In this document: piece by piece, positions 14,339-26,899 of the stretch
Numbering within the stretch: position 1 is the stretch's first letter
How the letters are laid out: each line of letters opens with the position of its first letter
Program-made: the position numbers and the translations under genes
DNA from: Dicyema japonicum
Taxonomy: Eukaryota > Animalia > Dicyemida
Direction of reading: 5' to 3'
DNA length: 64,000 bases
NCBI GenBank assembly: GCA_011109175.1
Contig: RDEW01000013.1
Coordinates: forward strand, 837,839 to 901,838
Notes under the pieces: model-generated
Told to the model about the DNA's origin: nothing
The model's database searches: none
The model's input: only the letters and a program-made list of their open reading frames with translations

Positions 14339-15771
14339 ATGAAAAATATTTCATCTGATTTAACGTTAGAAAATTTTTTCCGTTCCTCTAAAAGAAAACG
14401 TTCCGATAGAATTATGTTTAATGAAATAAAATCAAGACAAGAAAAATTGAAATTAAACCAAAATAACTTCTCTTCGCTTTCCCCGCATCTCAAATTATCA
14501 ATTATAGACACATTTGACAGTAACTTTGATAAATGTCATATATTAGAACAAACTTTGGGATCCTTTAGTTTGACTAATCACGAAAATCACCAAATTGTGA
14601 CTCGGATGGTCAGAAATAGCAACAAATTAATGTTCTCAGCCGACCAATTCAAAAAAGATTTGCTAACTAGTAAAGAAATTCGTGAAAATGCAAATTTTTA
14701 CCGCAAATTTAGTGTTTTATGGAAGATTCAGCAAAAAATGGAATTATTAGACGAATTCATAATTAAAGTATTTTCACTAACAACTCAGAACATCGACTTA
14801 TGCTTAACAAACAAGGTGGAATTGGAAAATTTAGGGACATTTATGCACATTTTCACTAATTCCTGGACTCGCACGCAATTAAAAAGTCTGTTCTCTCAGT
14901 TTTTTGAAAAGACTAGTATAGTAACATTCATAACCCGAACAATCGAGGCAATAAACGGTAATTAATACAAAAAATTGTTAGCTGACGTGGACAGTTCAAT
15001 AACATCGCAACTGCGACTTCGAGAATTTGTCAAAAAGTTATTTATTACCAAGGAAAACCAACTGGAATGGTTCTCCATAGCAACCACATATTTGTCGCAC
15101 TGTGAGACAGCCAGGCTCCTATACGTAATATTCGGACCCCTCTATAGAGGTGATCCTAGTTGAAATGGTAGGATTGATTCTGTGGCATGAAATGACTGAG
15201 AGCACAGCTGAGAGTCTAAAACAGGCCAACGAGCATTTCTCCCAACTTGCAGTGGTTCTCTGTTTTCACTCACGACGGGTCGGTCCCACCATGACAATGA
15301 TATAATAAGACATCTCACTCGTAAAATGATATCACATGTAGTGTTCCCCTTTGAATGGCTGCCTGAGAACGTGGCTTGTCTATTGAATTTAGCTGGGTAT
15401 AAAATTACCGTCGATAAGCTTGAGGCTGACCTTCTTAACGGACTAGTAATTGACGTGTCACAGACGATTGCCGCCTTCTTTTTTGTAAACAAGTTTAACA
15501 TAGCAGATTTCCAAGCGGTTCCTCCTTCAAAGCAGTTGGTTGTTTGCCTTCCTGAAAGACCTGACAAAGTCAGCCGAGAATGCAGGAAAGTCATGCCTTA
15601 AGCAGCATTTGTTTGTAGGACTTAGTCAGGTGTTGGTTCAAACTGCAGTGGACGCTAAAGAATATCAATTAAGTGAATTACTTGTTTATATTAACAGATC
15701 AACATTTTAATATGGCTGTAGACGGGATTAGACAATTCATAGAAGAATTAATGACAATCACGTTTCCTTAG
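14339..15771 (+). CDS. FBXO47: FBXO47/PROM-1-like protein, spliced
   Basis: Motifs ARLLYVIFGP, LILWHEMTE and VFPFEWLPENVACLLNLAG resemble FBXO47 (ARLLYIIFGP..VVWQEM..EWLLENNARLL). ATG at 14339. GT-AG introns at 14958-14981, 15150-15171, 15485-15506 and 15673-15697, possibly also 15321-15341. One apparent frameshift near 15260. TAG at 15769-15771. Confidence 0.75.
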
Positions 15772-16069
15772 TTTAAACAATGTTTGTTTACGTGAATTAA
15801 GTCATTTCATGATTATCAACTTAGAAATTTAAAATTACTGAAAAATCTACTATAAATGAAAGTCAGATATTCTTTTAGCGTTGAGCGTAAGAAGCTTTAG
15901 GGCAAGCATATTCTTCTGTATCTTCTGCCTTTTAGACATTTTTCTTAACCATTTTACAAAAAAACGAGGCACGTCATCACCTGGCCAAAGAACAAGGTAG
16001 GAAGATCCTTTCCAACAACTTTTTCGAGTCAGAAAGGCTCGTCGCCTCACGGGTGGGATCTGTTTCACG

Positions 16070-16150
16070 AATATTGACCTTCGCTGCAAAGTCCATCTGT
16101 CAGATTCGAACTCAAAACAGTCAGATCCGATGTCATCAGACGTTCAGCCA
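16070..16150 (-). repeat. tRNA-like (Pol III B-box) head of a second repeat family
   Basis: TGGCTGA..TGACATCGGAT..GTTCGAATC..ATGGACTTT.CA.CGAAGGTC, shared with 56795-56866. Confidence 0.45.
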
Positions 16151-17080
16151 ACTTTTTGTATTTGATGACTTTTTTTCTACTTTTAATGAATTTATGTCTT
16201 ATATAAATTTAAAAGATCAGCCGATCAAAATGAGATCTTATTTTTTAATCAATAAACCTCACAATTTCCAACAGATAACCCGATTAAAATAACCATAAAC
16301 CACCAGCTTACCAAATTGAAAAGCAAAAAAAAACATATATTAACTATAAACGTGGAAAACAAAATTTGTATAGTACTGAGACCCAACATGTTCTCGAGGA
16401 CCTTTCTTGTACGTCCGATCCAACGCGGCACATGTAGAAGCTAATGTCGCTTATATAATGATAATGAATGATTGCTTCATTAGTTTTGATTTTGGTGTAA
16501 AATATCGATTTTTAGATGTGATAATTCAGGTGTGTCCTTTTTCGAAATAATTTTCCTATGTGAAAGCCTTTTTTGAAAAAACGATTAGTGATTACTCGAC
16601 TGGCAAATGAATTACGTAAAATGAATTTCAACTGCGAGAAAAACAAATGTCTTTGATTATCATAATTTTATTTTTTATGGTGGCAACCCTAAATTTCTAA
16701 CGTGATTTCCAGCGTGCTTCATTATTTTTTGTCTTACTAAGGTTTTGTTAAAGATACTTAGGAATGTGAAATATCCTAAATTAGTTAACCCCCTGATAAT
16801 GAAACTGAAATGGAGGTCATGCAAAAGTCCTAAACGAGTGTTCACCGAGGAGTTACCAAAATCAAATATGAATGTCGGCAATGATGTTTTACTGTTAAGA
16901 ATGACATTATTAGTAAAGTCATTCGAAACTGTGAGTTTGTAAATTTTAGCATTAAAAGATTTGATTGTAGATTGGAGGTATAAGTCACCATGTTTTGGCT
17001 TCTTGTCCCAATCAATGATTTAAAATAAATTAGTAAACGGTTATATAGCGGCTGCCCTGACTGCGTGGCTATTCCCTCTC

Positions 17081-17250
17081 AGGATGACGAGCGAGATTCG
17101 CTCAAATAACCAGCAGCGCTCACAGAGTCTCCTGTTCATGTAGAGATCCGATTCCCTAGACGACTCAAGAATTCCAGCGTCGCAGGCGCAAGGGAACCAG
17201 ACGTCTCAACGGCGAGTGGAACAAAAAAATTGGGTAGGACCGCGTACATT
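17081..17250 (+). repeat. Interspersed repeat, probably a retroelement 5' region
   Basis: AGGATG.CGAGCGAGATTCGCT..GATTCCCT..GACTCAAGAATTCCAGC also occurs inverted at about 10320-10445, and its start at about 11480-11503. Confidence 0.55.
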
Positions 17251-17623
17251 TCCTGTTTCATCTTCTCGGCATCTCAGCGGAAGAAGAGGCTACAGAGGCA
17301 CTCTGGAGTAGGTTGCAAGTCAGACAATTGAATTCAAGACAAGTGAAATCATCAAACTTTGTTCAATATTCTAAAAATTCACGGAAGACCAAATAATCCT
17401 CGTAAATATGATATTATTGAACATTTTAATCAAACAATTCGAGAAGACTATCATAAATGCTCCATAAGGATGAAAAAGTGTCTGGATATATTAGAAAATC
17501 CAGTGTAGTTATAGGGTTTTCTTATCAATAACGACATTTCGTCAATCAATAACGACAATAGTCAATCACTTCTGCCCTCTTATATGACACTGCAGTCCAC
17601 GACACATGGCCAATCACTTCTGT

Positions 17624-17781
17624 CTTCTTAAGGTAGCCAAATACCTTGTAAATTCATTGATGACGCGCATAAATGGAGTAACGGGATTCCCACTGTCCCT
17701 ATTAGCACTAACGAAACCATAGCCGGGGTAAGGGGCTCAGGAGAATCAATGGGAAAAGAAGACTTTTATAAGCTTGACTCT
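17624..17781 (+). pseudogene. Degenerate 28S rRNA fragment
   Basis: cttaaggtagccaaat..gacgcgcat.aatgga..aacg.gattcccactgtccct..cgaaacca.agcc..aagaagac...agcttgactct matches the conserved LSU segment. Confidence 0.85.
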
Positions 17782-17809
17782 TGATTGGGTCTGAAGAAGA
17801 AAATTCACT

Positions 17810-18270
17810 CAATTGCTTGACGGGAGGCCAAAAGTCTATCTTCTAACGAACTGTTCAGAATTCGTATGTTTCGATGTCTGTTGTGGGGGATTGTGGATTA
17901 CTGTTGGAGGGCTATACTCGAAAAATCTGTAGAAATATTCAACAGAGATTGAGTTAATTGGTGATCCTAATTAGAGGAATACCAGTAATGGTTGCTATAA
18001 GACAAATGAGGATGGACGCCGTTTAGAATTATTGTCTTAATCACGTGGTTTTGTGATCCTGATTCAGACGAGTCAAATCATTTTTTATGGTGGTGACAAA
18101 CTGGGTGTATTCTTGGTATCTCCACCGCTATTTGTCTATGTGAGAAGACCCAAAACGCTATGGGTTATCGGGAGTGACCATATTCCATAAGAACTGGTTA
18201 TTAGTATGAGGCCGGATGTCAAGAGGATGTTTTCTTGCGGTTCTACGGATCTCGTGTGGATTGGGCCTAA
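17810..18270 (+). mobile_element. LINE APE endonuclease relic related to the H4-LINE ORF2
   Basis: LIGDPN..GCYKTNEDGRRL and VSPPLF..WVIGSDHIP parallel IFGDLN..GCFVNNRAG and ASPSL..DIGSDHRP. Confidence 0.6.
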
Positions 18271-18479
18271 TTTGGGGTTTTCATGTCAAATAATTTATGT
18301 GTTTTATCGAGTTTTCAACAAAAAAGGATATTAGTACAGTAAACTCTCTCAAATTTGCCGTTTTTGGTTACAGCAAAATTGTGGCAAATTTGAGAATTGG
18401 CAGATTTCAGAATAAAATTTTATTTGAAGTTTCAATTGATTTATTTAAAGATAATTAAACGTATGGGACTGCACTGTTG

Positions 18480-18745
18480 TGGATTCTTTCTCGAACTCGA
18501 TGATGCTCAGCTCGGCGCAGTCTGCTGGATCGGCAGCCGATCTGGCCGAAAAAATCAAGATTAAAAATATGGCGAAATTGGAGACCGCTACCGTTTTGTA
18601 CCGATAGCAATCGAGACGTCTGGGGCGGCTGGAAGTATTACAGCCTCTTTCCTAAAGGAAATCGGGGGAAAATTGGCCCACCGCAAGAAAGACGTGCGGG
18701 AAGCGGTCTGGCTGAGGCAAAAAATTGGTATCGCTGTTATACAAA
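18480..18745 (+). mobile_element. CRE-like RLE fragment nested in the Tigger element
   Basis: VWDCTVVDS..GSAADLAEKIKIKN..PIAIETSG..RQKIGIAVIQ. Confidence 0.7.
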
Positions 18746-18885
18746 CAATACAGTATCCCTAAGATTTAACTTCTTATGTGATTCCAAATTATAAATATTT
18801 TCAGACGAGTAACTCTTTAAAACTTCTTCAAATTCTTTTTAAAAGACATCAATATCCACATGTTTTTCAGTGCGTATTTCGCCGT

Positions 18886-19207
18886 AATAATAAAGCCTTT
18901 TCACGAGAGCCATAGTATTTTATAGCTCCGCATAGGCAGGACACACACTTTATTTAAGTAAAGAACAGTTAATTTTAACTAATCGTAGAACCAAGGAATG
19001 ATCCTCATTTCTTTTTTTTTTTTCTTGTGTGAGTGTCCTTTCTAGACAATCCAGTTCCGCAGTGAGTATTCACTGATGACGGCGTCACTCGTCAAACCAT
19101 TTCTGCATCGTAGATGCGTGGAACCTTCCACCAGGTGAACAGCAGCGAGATTCGAACCCGTAGCCTAAGCCACTTAAGCCCGACACCTAACCACTAAGCC
19201 ACCCGAC
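18886..19207 (-). mobile_element. Full-length tRNA-derived SINE
   Basis: A box TGGCTTAGTGG (19191-19201), B box GGTTCGAATC (19149-19158), TTA-repeat tail, 11-bp TSD TATTTCGCCGT at 18875-18885 and 19208-19218. Confidence 0.9.
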
Positions 19208-21119
19208 TATTTCGCCGTGTAATTCGAAATCTGTCTTTTTTAATTTCTCCAGAAACCCGAAAGAATTTTTAAATTAGTTACGAAAATTCTTTAGCGAAAA
19301 ATTCTGCCTTATGTAATAATAGAGAATCATTCAATAAAGCACCTTAAATGTTAGAGTAAATTGTGTACCTTTTGATTCCATTGAATCCATCCAATCTACT
19401 AGATTTTCACCAAGGTTTTAGTTTAGGATTTCTGTTCTTGAACTGAAACAAAAGCGATTCTGCATTCATCAATATTCTAGATTCTCTTTTTGAAAATAGA
19501 AGAAAATATTTTGCATATCGCCTGAGATGAAGCTGATTTATTGGTTTTTTATACCACAATATTTCCACTTTTTGAGCAATTGAATATCTGGTGTAGCCTC
19601 CAACAAGAACATTCCGACCCATGCTTGCTTTAAAGTATTTAAAAAATATTTAAAAAAAATAAAAATAATATTTTAAAATGTTGGCAAATTTTAGAATTGG
19701 CAAATATCATTGAAAAATAGAAAAAATCGATAAAAATGGCAAATTTCAGAATTTGCAAATTTAAGAGTGGCATATTTGAGAGAGTTTACTGTACTACCAA
19801 AAATTCAGGGTGTGGATCCAATTAGTTAGATCCTGGATGACTAAAAGGTGTCTACCAATTTATTTAAATACTCCGTCGAGGAACTGCCTATTGTTCATGG
19901 CACTGTCAGCATCTGGAAGTGATGACGGCTATCATGGAATGCAAGACAATGGTTTATGACCAAATATCAATGAAGCTTATCAAGGAGGGTCCGGATATTT
20001 TATTTGATCATCTGCGATGTCTTTCGATGGGTGTTTAAAACCTGGCCATCTCCTTTTAATGTGGAAGAAAGCTGATTCGAGGATGATTCAAAAACCAGGG
20101 AAACTAAAGAGAGTTCCGGCAAGTTACAGGAATATAAAGGAGAATGACTTGGATATTTTCGACTCGGAAGATGCTGTGCAGACTGTTTCTCTCTACTGAA
20201 TTCTGAAATCATGGGATCCTAAAAGGCAACTAAAATCTGAAAGCAGAATCGGGGAGTATACGGACCAGATTGAGCAATGGTGCAGCATGAGGGGGTTAAA
20301 ACTCTCCAGTGAAATATCGTGTGCACTCCGAATAAGCCAGGGAAAAATCATCTGAAACAGCAATACACACTCGGAGTGAACAATACACATCGTCTGCGAT
20401 ATTAGGGGGTCGATTATGGACACGGTGGAGATTATATGGACGACATAAGTGAAAGGAGGAAGAGAGTATTTCAGTAACTTTTTTGTACAAGAAAATTACA
20501 CGTTATCCGTGATACATTTCTGTGCATCTTCAAGGGAGTTATACTCCCTAGTCTTCTGTATGAGTACGAGGTATGGTTCTTTTCTCTAAAGAATAAAAAG
20601 ACCTCATCCTTTTAGAGAAAACAAGGAGAGCTACAATTAAGCTTTTCCTAAACATGAAGCTGAGCTGAAGTCAATGTCAGAACTAGAAAGCAGGGAGTGA
20701 AATAGTGTTATCACTTTTATGTTTGATAGTTGGCTATGAGCGACAAACTGCGCCTCGTAAGCCCTTCATAGGAGTTACTATCAAGATCTGACAATTCCTC
20801 ATTGGCTTGTATGGTCTTGATGAAGACGTCGTGTCGAATCACCAGAATCCTATTTAATTATAGAGCCATCAAGTGATCCCAGCTTCATTTTAGTTAGTTT
20901 TATCCTAATAAAAATTATCCCCTTAAAAGTTTTATCTAATCAAACGATTAAATCACTCAATTGAAGGATAAATGGGGTCGTATAGAAATCTAGTTATTTT
21001 TTCATAGCCAAATATCCCCCATGATTTGCTCCATCTATTTTTTATAATCATTATTATTTTTAATAGCAATGTCTGCGGAACCAGAGTAGTTAATTAATTT
21101 GAGGTTCCACTTTTGCCAT

Positions 21120-21940
21120 GCATCTCAGGATACGCGCTGTAAGTCGTTTCTATCCTCCCCTGTTTTTCGCAACCGCCCTCAGATCATACAGATCCTCTCC
21201 CGATTTCAGCCTCCTTCCTATGAGTTTTTTGTCGATCTTCGAACGTTGTTCTTTTTAATATAGAGAAGTATGATTGCATTGCCTGATTAACCTGTGCCAT
21301 CTGCGAAGCTCTTAGGAGATGTCCAAAGATCTGCCATTTCGCCGAGGTCTCTTTTCTCCCAATCTGTAATGTTTGAGTGATTCTGTAGAGCTCGTCGTTG
21401 GTCATCCGTTTTGGCCAGTAGACTCCCAGAAGAAGTCGTAGTTGTTTTCTGTGGAAATATTTAAGCTTCTCCAGTTCTTTGGTGGTTAAGCCCCAGGTCT
21501 CCGTGTTGTAAAGTAGAATTGGTTCGATAAAGGAGTTGTTCAACCGAATTCGAAGGCGAGTGCCTATGTACTCTTGCCGCATCCAGATCGCCCACAATTT
21601 TTTGAAAGAACCAACCGCCAGAACTTTCCTGCGAAAAACCTCCTCCGAGTCCCCGAGAAGAGAAAAAGCTTTCTTGCATGTTCTCTACTTTTCCTCGTTT
21701 TTCGTCGTGCAACGGAATATGATAGTTTTTTCCGTTATTGTCAGAGTTTACTACCAGGGACCAGTCCTCCAACCCTTGAGGGATCACTTTTAGTATAGTT
21801 TCCAGCGTATCCCTATCCCGGCTGACGAAATCAATGTCATCGACTACTTTAATCACGTTAGTGATACAATTCTTTTCCGGAGAAGTCTTAGAGCTGCGTC
21901 CATGGATATTGTGAATAGGAGTGGGGATAACGAGTCTCCC
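21120..21940 (-). mobile_element. RTE-like LINE relic
   Basis: DSLSPLLFTI, VVDDIDFVS, IEPILLYNTETWGLT..HRKQLRLLLGVYWP. Confidence 0.8.
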
Positions 21941-23024
21941 AGTTCATGTTAGGACCGATGACTCCGTGATCCAGAATTGCTGATAACCTGCACAACAAAG
22001 GAATGTCATAGAACAGACCATGATCCAATTTTGTAGATCAGTGTTGACTCGATTAACTGGTGGTAGATGATGGAGAGGCACTCAGTGGAAGTTTGAAATT
22101 ATCTTTAGAACTTTCAACTCTTCGTTACTTCTGCCAGCCCCAATTCTCACAGAGTCATGGACCAATATGAATCTGGGAATATTTGGTATGATGAAGTATC
22201 TACTACACGTCGTAAATGAATGAACTTCCTGTGAGACCTCGAGCCGTATTTGAGCAAACCATAATGTCCGGAGTCTACCATTTCTTTTATGGCCATAATG
22301 GTTAATCGATATCACAGGGGGTAATTTGTGTCCTTTATTGATGAGTAGATGAAATACTGGGGAAGATTACAGTTAGGTCACTCATCAATGTCTAATCCTT
22401 TAGGAATATCCACAGATATGTTACTTTTCTCCAGTGAGTTTTGGAAAAGAATTGCTAGGCGTGTTGACAAATGGAGGAATTAATTTCAAAATTTGCAACT
22501 TTAGTTATTTCTAGTTACGACTCAAGTTCCCAGACATGAAGACAACAAAGACCAATCCACGTAACCAAAAAATCAAAGCTTTCGTAATCCGACCAGATCC
22601 TCTCTCTCTTAGGTGTCTCCAAATCTTTTGGAAGTCACAGTCGATGACGATCTCCACATAAAAACAAGTTCTCTAGTTTGTCCAAGGTCGATAAGTCAAT
22701 CCTCTCCAAGAATAAAGAAAGTTCGGCAATGTTTCCTCTGATCCGTTTATGTTTAGGCTCTGGGTTGTTAACTTTTTTGTGCCTGGTACCTGAGGTCAAC
22801 AGGTTGTTCCACGTCTCCTAAGGTCAACAGTCTCAATCGATGAAATGTTCCAACATTTAGAGAATGCCGTCCAGTGGGAAGTCCTCTGGTTGGTAGGGAG
22901 CAAATTGTTTTTTTAGATGTAGTTTAGGACTATATCCGACGCCACTAGAAATGGTGAACCACAAGACGCACGCTAAAATAATTAATTAAATTTTTTTTAA
23001 ATAATAACAAATAAAAATCATCGA

Positions 23025-24056
23025 CCCCGCTTATTGGGGGCATTTTTATTAAATAAAAATTTTATTTTATTATTATAAATTATAGCGTGCTATTTTTAAA
23101 TCATTTGAAAAAGCTTTCTTGTGACTTGAAGCAAAAGATTTTTGAAGCCGTACAAGGAACTTTATGTCCGAAAGGGATGTATAATGTGTGAAGGAATAAT
23201 ATCTAGAAAAAATGGAGATTAGACAGGATTTGATTCATTTTCCATATATTTAATTAAAAACATAGCCATAACTATCGCTACTCGGATAAATATTAAAAAT
23301 TCAAAGGCTCAAATGGATGGCTCGAACATTTTAAGAAGCGACATGAACCATCTTTAAGCAATTTCTGGTGAATGAATTTTAGCATCAAAAATTCAATTAA
23401 AAATTATTACGAAGACTATGACAAGTTTTTTGAACAAATTTAATATGGAAGATATTGTAATTGTGATAAAACTTGCTTTTCATTAAAAAGAATTGAAATA
23501 AATGATTTTTCACTAAAGATGAACATTATTTTGGTAAAAATCTGTAAAGATATCAATCCTTGTATGCTCAAAGGGTGAAAAGTTAAATCGTTCGTTATTG
23601 GAAAGTTTAAACCACCGAGCTTCCTTGAATATAAGAACTGAGGATGGAGCACCAATGTTAAATTACAAGTATACGTCCAAGAATGGTTGATGACTAGTGA
23701 GATTTTATATTGGTTGCAAAAAATTAATAATAGTGTTCTTACAGAATCGACTAATTTTAATTCTTGATAATGATCGATGTCACATTTGTCAAAATTCATT
23801 ATTTTTAATATTATGCTTGTCCTGAGAATTATGATTTCAACTGAACGTTACCGTAGAAATTACGGAAAATACACAGTATTGGAGGGAATTAGTGATTACT
23901 ATTTTAATAAATAAATGGCTTTTTATTTTTATAATTGTATTTAATTTAAAATAAATTAAAAAATAATATTTAAAAAGGATAAATTATTTTACTCTCTGTA
24001 TTTGGGGCACCTTCTGTATTTGTGGCGTTTCTATTGTGGCAGGGGTTGAACTGTAC
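23025..24056 (+). mobile_element. pogo/Tigger-like relic
   Basis: FKGSNGWLEHFKKRH..ISGE (CENP-B HTH); ends in ggggttgaactgta, a TIR-like terminus. Confidence 0.6.
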
Positions 24057-24189
24057 ATCGATGAAGCTCTACTAAACTTTGACGTGATGATATATGCTTG
24101 GAAAGATTTTTGAACCGAATTTTTCAAGGATAAGTTACGTAGTGGGTCCAGAGAGTAAAATTGCAATCATGAGAGTTTTCCATTACTTT

Positions 24190-24854
24190 TTTGGGTCATC
24201 AAATCTGATTCCCACTGTCTGTAAAAACTGGCCTATGGTAAATTTTTTGAGCAAGAAAACGGAAATTTCGAAAAATGGACTATAAATTATTATATCTCCT
24301 CTCACTGATCCACCAACAAGATTCATGAGTTTCAGAAAAAGTCACAATTTTATGGATAAAGCTGTAGATTGTCAATATGAAAAGAAATGCATCCAACAAT
24401 CCACTTGTTTCACATCCGAAAAGGAAATAAATTTTTTTGAAATAGCTCATCTCAAATCAATATTTTTTTGAGATATAAATGGCTTTCTTTTAGCTAAAGT
24501 GTAATCCATTTCGATTTAATGTTCTGGTAATTGTCCGTGGGGAAACGGTAATATAAATTTTTCCTTAGATATTGCGGATAAATCTGGCACCAACAACGTC
24601 GGCTGACTTTTAGATTCAGTATATAAAAGTTCAGCATGTATTAAATTTAATTTCAGCAAACGTCCTGATTTATGCTGTCGAGAAAATGATCCAAATTTAC
24701 GATATTTTCTGATGTTAAACGAAACAGCTGAAAATAATAATTTGAGAATGCGGGATATTTCTCTGATGGTTTTTCCGTCATTAAAATGACCAATAATCAT
24801 CCCTTTTACGAAATCTGATACATGTTTTTTCCGGGAACCGCACATAATCTCCAT
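24190..24854 (-). mobile_element. Tc1-like transposase relic
   Basis: HVSDFVKGMIIGHFNDGKTIREISRIL..RKFGS..KSGR (paired HTH and GRPR-like motif), KKPFIS. Confidence 0.75.
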
Positions 24855-26899
24855 TTAGAATTCACGACAAAAGTGTGCAATTTTTTGCGTCACGTTATTT
24901 TTTGATTTTGCTTTAAATTCGTTAAATAAAGCGATTATTTGATTTTAAAAAAATAAAATTAAAAATTACACTAAAAAGGAGCTCAAATATTTTAACTTTA
25001 TTATTTTTCTAATAAAAAGCATGAAAATATCGATGAGGAATTTTCTTTGACTGGTACTGTATAAGAAAAGCTAACCATGTATCCCTCGAAGATAGAGCAC
25101 TCTTTGCTCTCTGACTTTTCTGAGGCTAGTCTCGAGATGGTCTCTTTATGGAAGCTAATGGATATGTCAGTCCCAGTTGTCTCAGGAGATTTAAATTCTA
25201 GCATTTAGAAACAGATAGAGCAATCGATCTAAGCGAGCGTGCTTGCTCTAAGTGGCTACCAAACGTGGACTCTCAGTGACTACCTACCTCAAACCCAAAC
25301 GCAGGGATATGAAGAGCGGTGGAAACTTTTTGTGGATGGTCATCGGGGTTTAGTATGTGTACCACCTATACTTAGTGACATTGAAAGTGATCACTGGTCT
25401 CACTTATCTTGACTTACAACTTCCCTTCTTTCCAATGAGAGTTAGTGGTGAAATTGAGATGGGGAAAATAGCCACCACCCTAAAGAACATTCTAAGAGAG
25501 TACATATGGGGGAACTTTAAAGTGCAGCATTTGGAAGGAAAAAGTGAACTACGTGAAACACAAAATAACGGTGGAGTTCTGCGTGAATCGGTCCTAAACC
25601 AAACTATATTCATTGCTTCTCGCCCAACCGACGTGAGAACTGAAATTGTGAGTTTTTACAGGCGTCAAACAGCATCGTATTCTAACTTATCGAGACCATT
25701 TATGTAGTTCCAGTGTTGTCATTGGGGTCACATTTAATTCTAGGTTTAGTTTTCCGGAGTACACTGTCCTCATTAAGATGTGGGCTGTGTAGGGTCAGGA
25801 GACGTACTTCCTTTGTCTTACAAGGCGTCGGATCTGAATAAATTTTTTGAGGAATTCAAAGCTCGAAAGATGTCTTGAAAATAATTTAAAAGGATTCAAC
25901 CCACCGAATCTGAAAAAATGAAAGAGCAAGTTCAAAAAAAGAAAAAATTTCGAAAACGACTCTTCCCTTACTATGCATTTGCTTAATAAATCATGATCAC
26001 TCACTGATTGACTTAAAGCGGTCAGCTACAATTGTCGGACACTCCCATAAATCCTTCATAGAGAAGAGGCCTGAACTAACGAAAATACCTTGTTTGAGTA
26101 AGTGAAGTGATTACACTTTGGAATATTTGGAGATGGGTTCTTTCCCAAGATCGGTCGGGGGAAGTTGATCTCCAGAGTCTGTGAACAATAGTAATTAAAG
26201 ATCAAATTTAGTTTTATTACACATTATAAGATATTTCAGAAGTAATCATCTCCCTATATTTTTGTTTGACACTCTCGATGACAAAAAGTTATTTTTTGAC
26301 GCAAAGTCCGTCAAATTTTCCCTTAAGCAGCCAAAGCTCCAAATCTCCGTCTCTGTAGTGCCTTCTTATCTGTTCTCACTAAATGCCAGTATAGCGACAA
26401 ACAGACACACCTAAATTATCCCAGAGTCTACCTCACTTTGGAGACCATGTACTAAGCAGCCATTTAGAAAATGCAAGATTGATGGAAATCCACGTAATTC
26501 CACATAAGGTGAGTTTGCAAACGTCCAACAACCGCCACAATTGACACGAAGCTGGACTTCTAGGCAATACTTACTTCAGGGAGTTCAATTTCTGTTATTT
26601 TATCCACCAGTCTCCCAAAAAAGGGATTCGTTCATAGAATGACTCCAAAACAGATTATACTGAGAATCATCCCTCATTTTAACGAATAAAAAGGATCTCC
26701 CTTCGTAGACAGTTCATGGAATCAGAAGGACCTCCCCACGTGCTATGAACACGGTCGCAGCAATCCAGTCGTGTCCGGTAAATTAAGCTTTTATTATAAA
26801 GATTTTAAATTTAATTGAATATTAATAAATTGAATATTAATATTTTTGTTGAGCTGGTGACGTGGCTCTTTACAATATGTCTGAAAAGTACAGGAAACT

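Larger units (their letters stand above)
18337..19791 (-). mobile_element. Tigger/pogo-like DNA transposon with TIRs, internally deleted and carrying nested insertions
   Basis: TIRs CAGTAAACTCTCTCAAAT(T/A)TGCC at both ends; TA duplication at 18335-18336 and 19792-19793; CENP-B-like RYSIAQKVEIL and LHGE remnants. Confidence 0.85.

Noticed and set aside
15850-16089. Small protein-coding gene
   Set aside because: Non-ATG start, no recognisable family, and it overlaps a repeat head.
17048-17118. HDV-like ribozyme at a repeat 5' end (GAGCGA/TCGCTC hairpin, possible P2)
   Set aside because: P1 pairs poorly, and there is no P1.1 GG or catalytic C in J4/2.
17624-17781. Functional rRNA gene
   Set aside because: Short isolated fragment with substitutions at conserved positions.
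19070-19100. Hammerhead ribozyme in the SINE core (CTGATGA...)
   Set aside because: No GAAA core after stem II, and the motif is antisense to the SINE transcript.
19140-19207. tRNA gene
   Set aside because: A and B boxes are present but I could not fold a full cloverleaf; it is the head of a TSD-flanked SINE.
19810-22900. LTR retrotransposon (BEL/Gypsy) relics at about 19810-20900 and 21950-22900
   Set aside because: Only faint motif hints; too degraded to support a call without a search.
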